Assembly (NCBI GenBank): GCA_041310935.1
Contig: JBFYWS010000621.1
Span: forward strand, 1 to 60,469
Direction of reading: 5' to 3'
From: Desulfobacteraceae bacterium
GTDB taxonomy: Bacteria; Desulfobacterota; Desulfobacteria; Desulfobacterales; SpSt-501
DNA: 60,469 bases
Position numbers and translations under genes: made by a program. The notes under the pieces were generated by a model, which did not search any database, was not told where the DNA came from, and saw nothing but the letters and a program-made list of their open reading frames with translations. Below are positions 58,601-60,469 of the stretch, piece by piece; the first letter of the stretch is position 1, and each line of letters begins with the position of its first letter.

Positions 58601-60348
58601 GTTGTCATGGACTCCAGGTAGCGGTGCTGGTCCCCCAGCCAGCGCATGTACGTTCTCTGGCCGCCAGCGCCCTGAGATCGCTCGTAAACCGCCTTGAAGC
58701 TGGCGTCTATGGCGTCGGGCAGAGCGGCGTAGAACTCGCGTTTCCCGCGCTTCTCGGCACCGAGGGCCTCGGCGGCGCTCGTCAGGCCGGCCAGCGTCTT
58801 GGCGGGGCCTTTCGGGGGCTTGTAGCCAAGGTCGGCGCGAGCCTTTTCACGGGCGGTTTGCACCTTGGCGGCAGCGGCGACGATCTTGGCCTTGCGCTTG
58901 GCCTCGGCCCTCTCGATCAGCTTCTTGGCACGGCGGCTGCCGGCCTCGACGGTCTTCTCGGCCTTGGCAGCGGCCTGCTCCTGGGCAAGCGTCTGTCCGA
59001 TTCGCTGGAAGCCGGAAGCGGCCTCTTCCCGCGTCATGCCCATGATCTGCCTGAGCATGGCGTCAATCTCCTCGCGGGGTATCGGCTCAGGGCTAATGCG
59101 GGCAAACCGTATATCCGCCTTGCCCGCGTCGCCCCACTCGGACGGCGGCGGGATGCGGCCCGTGGAGTCGGGGGTCACTTCGGCGGATTTGATCTGGGAG
59201 GGGTCGAGCACAAATAGGTATCTGGTTTTGTCACCGCCGCGTTCTCTGGTGAATGCTCCGTCAAACCCAGCCCGCTTTAACAGTTCTCTGTTTTCCTCTT
59301 GGAGATAGGGATATTTCGCTCGTGCGATGTCTTCCGAAAGCCATTCGACATACTCCTCGCCGCCTTCTGGCAAGCCGAACTGTTTCCTTTGTTCCGCAGT
59401 CTCGCTGCTCTCAGAAGCTATTATGCGAGCAAGCCGCAACCTGTGATCCTTCCGGTCCATGTCGAAGATGTCTTGCGCCCGTGCATACAGACGCATAACC
59501 AACAGTTCGTCTGCTCGTTTTTGACCTGCATTGACGTATCTGTTAAGGAAACTTCTCGCTCCAGCTTCGGTATAGGCGAGCGAAATACCCTTAGTCGTCT
59601 TCGCTGACGATCCAACTTGAGCCTCGTGTGATAGGTCGTATTTAGTCCAATCTGCGAAGGTCGCATGCCACACCGGCCCGACGTTGTACCCCTGCGCCTT
59701 CAGCACGTCCGCCCGCATCTTCTCAAGCTCGGCGTACTCGTCGGTCTTCTTGAACTCGTCCCACGCGGCCTTGATGTCGGCTTCGCTGGTCTTGCCCTGC
59801 GCCCTGAGTGCTTCCATGCGGGAGTCCCATGCGGGCGTCAGCTCGCGGAAGCGGGCGTCATCGGCAGGGGTGGAGGGGGATGGCTTTCCCTTGGCGTAGG
59901 CGGGCAACCGTTCCCCGACTGGCCCCCTGCCCCGATCCATGGCCATCGCCCTACGCTTGGCGTCCAAGATGCGGCGCAAGAAGGCTCGAACCTCGGCGTC
60001 GGACACCGCCAGCTTGGCCCCCAGCCGCCGCATGAGGGCCTTGAACGTCGCCACCAGGGCGTCGAGGAACCGGCGCCAGAGCGGGGCGTTGTGCTCTCCG
60101 TCGCGGGCTGCCTTCGCCGCGAGTTCATGGAAAAACTCCAAGGAACCCGGCTTTACCCCATAGTTGTGCTCGATCTCGTCGCGGATGGCATTCCACTTGC
60201 CGCGGTAGGTCAGCAGGCCCAGGAGTCGCACATCGGCGGCCCCGAACTGGTTGACGACACGGTGGTAGGCTTCCTCGCGGATGTCGCCCCGGAGCTGGCT
60301 CAGGTTGTCGTAGCGGTCGAGGAAGAAGTAGCTGCGCTGGCCGATGGT
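55672..60348 (-). CDS. C-terminal 1,558 codons (plus stop) of the giant ORF of about 4,893 aa
   Basis: Track ORF 55672..60462 starts at an internal Met. The same frame stays open upstream through 60349-60469 (= nt 1-121) and on to the ATG at 10005. Confidence 0.9.
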   Translation of the reverse strand, partial: TIGQRSYFFLDRYDNLSQLRGDIREEAYHRVVNQFGAADVRLLGLLTYRGKWNAIRDEIEHNYGVKPGSLEFFHELAAKAARDGEHNAPLWRRFLDALVATFKALMRRLGAKLAVSDAEVRAFLRRILDAKRRAMAMDRGRGPVGERLPAYAKGKPSPSTPADDARFRELTPAWDSRMEALRAQGKTSEADIKAAWDEFKKTDEYAELEKMRADVLKAQGYNVGPVWHATFADWTKYDLSHEAQVGSSAKTTKGISLAYTEAGARSFLNRYVNAGQKRADELLVMRLYARAQDIFDMDRKDHRLRLARIIASESSETAEQRKQFGLPEGGEEYVEWLSEDIARAKYPYLQEENRELLKRAGFDGAFTRERGGDKTRYLFVLDPSQIKSAEVTPDSTGRIPPPSEWGDAGKADIRFARISPEPIPREEIDAMLRQIMGMTREEAASGFQRIGQTLAQEQAAAKAEKTVEAGSRRAKKLIERAEAKRKAKIVAAAAKVQTAREKARADLGYKPPKGPAKTLAGLTSAAEALGAEKRGKREFYAALPDAIDASFKAVYERSQGAGGQRTYMRWLGDQHRYLESMTTAAAALPEADRPDFIREQLNGMFGETRRRAVARFLRGDTHATLDAIRERAQQQVRTYIGKRLQRLYALPEKRVKALYQDNHGNNFQAAFAAVRDSLPATKATVRNGITLPDIRNMSASEILDLYNDFLAVLHESGRMKKMLEYGQKVRRSGLGQLAAEQVQNSPVEELDGAHTERGLLKRHLVDRAMTLPQLAEKIGGSRNSVLADLTRKVNQASRDGETLAVPRIAAVRNYIKQHSFDMLEKQRLRKPRDLGDGRQVWLTDMQLLGLWLQYQDPHGAEVMLKGQGGFYNYDDRRAYTPKGEGDSEELRDNTAAMYRTLFSQLSPEDQAFGRFMRDQVHELVPDINHMAREVFGRDVADRPNYWHVSVFRKNKPLVDVMDVTGGAMGVRAAMLDQIGELKPVTEHGNPVVAQDAYQTFMDHVERMGRFAKMAELQRDWIAMAQNTDFSDAVARKYGTRPVAEMKQRVQGLAGLERSQKTVPEESTISKMASSYIMSRVAGNPLRQYALNKFGGGSSVWAWLVRNHPQYAAKFAARSLLPVNLQSTKYAQALADLMEDGYFFRRWDLEAIETQTNLPLVRSSGKTKHEITLALARLRTTTTQTAEWLMQQSAIRGERDNSAILYVMLRDAGLSKREATAIVADGIADTQNPSTEGEATVEYAGMKQSLWLRTVFPVMGQQTILAARLRFAAMRLARAMRGREGDVRSETKAAAADLWSSVLNAILSTVTSLVTLSTVLEALSKKKKAKPDEPEGEEDERVRSFSAKVSRRIKENRTAIRGATELVQGIFPVAGRVLEMITTWAERGRFEDRSLVSGMVRAAWEGTMGAANELNKDDVDARRVYEQASRAADILLSASTGLPAGQVMKAGELGLTTAGVIEPRRARGFTPKVEMIERSVSTIPPGASGYDINEAFKSTYEDAQRQGLVATKSATTGRAYDEREQRNVFGVSFSAQLTPEQRTAWQQFKRRNENWRPRP
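59098..59691 (-). other. ART-PolyVal-like (ADP-ribosyltransferase of polyvalent proteins) module in the giant ORF, possibly catalytically altered
   Basis: GPVWHATF...KGISLAYTEAGARSF...LLKRAGFDGAF...RYLFVLDPSQIKSAE...ADIRFARIS resembles the remembered pattern YHGT...G.YFT...GYDGI...EYVVFDPxQIKSA...DIRFS. Here HGT is HAT, and the position I recall as the conserved Glu is Arg. Confidence 0.45.
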
Positions 60349-60469
60349 CACGGCGCGGACCTGGCCGTTGCGGGAGCGGTGGAAGCGGGGTGCGGGGATC
60401 GGGTCTGCAACGCGCAGTTCTTCGGTTGCTGTGTAGATGTACTCAATGGCGGAATGCTGCATGAAATAC
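60349..60469. repeat. Second copy of the 121-bp terminal overlap
   Basis: Identical to nt 1-121. Confidence 0.95.

Noticed and set aside
57340-59217. 625-aa plus-strand ORF, and similar ones at 31194..33233 (679 aa), 10384..11592 (402 aa), 12642..13631 (329 aa) and 24749..25690 (313 aa)
   Set aside because: They are antisense shadows of well-supported minus-strand genes (giant ORF, terminase/methyltransferase, tail proteins, capsid), with junk-like composition.
55672-60462. Treating the 1,596-aa ORF as a complete stand-alone gene
   Set aside because: Its first Met (nt 60462, equal to nt 114) is internal. The frame stays open upstream through the junction for another 3,297 codons, to the ATG at 10005.

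Overview
The first 121 nt are identical to the last 121 nt, so the window is a circularly closed contig of about 60,348 unique bp. It is GC-rich (roughly 60% by eye) and is a complete tailed-phage genome. Almost all genes are on the minus strand and tightly packed, many with ATGA or GTGA start/stop overlaps. One plus-strand island of nine small genes lies at 41.5-44.4 kb. Recognisable content includes large terminase, portal, scaffold, HK97-like major capsid, fibre-like proteins, a lysis-like cluster and large tail proteins. The early and DNA-metabolism region carries RecT, a PD-(D/E)XK exonuclease, a VRR-NUC protein, a replisome-organiser-like protein, two DNA methyltransferases and three Lar-like proteins. 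It also carries RHH regulators, a Gp37/Gp68-family gene, two HNH endonuclease cassettes and a GIY-YIG protein. I saw no integrase, DNA polymerase, helicase, primase, tRNA, rRNA or CRISPR array. The main result is missing from the ORF track. The minus frame whose plus-strand triplets start at 1, 4, 7... has no stop from 10020 down to 1. It joins in frame, through the junction, the 55672..60462 ORF. Together they form one ORF of about 4,893 codons, about 24% of the genome, at the end of the virion module. This giant protein contains two tandem DnaN (beta sliding clamp)-like modules and modules typical of phage/plasmid polyvalent proteins. Other notable points: both HNH cassettes carry their own promoter and sit inside conserved genes without closing the host reading frame. 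At least ten proteins in the virion module have Sec or lipoprotein signal peptides. There is a family of sigma70-like promoters with upstream A-tracts, a G-tract-rich intergenic region and repeated gene-junction motifs. All family names come from motif recognition by eye; no searches were run.
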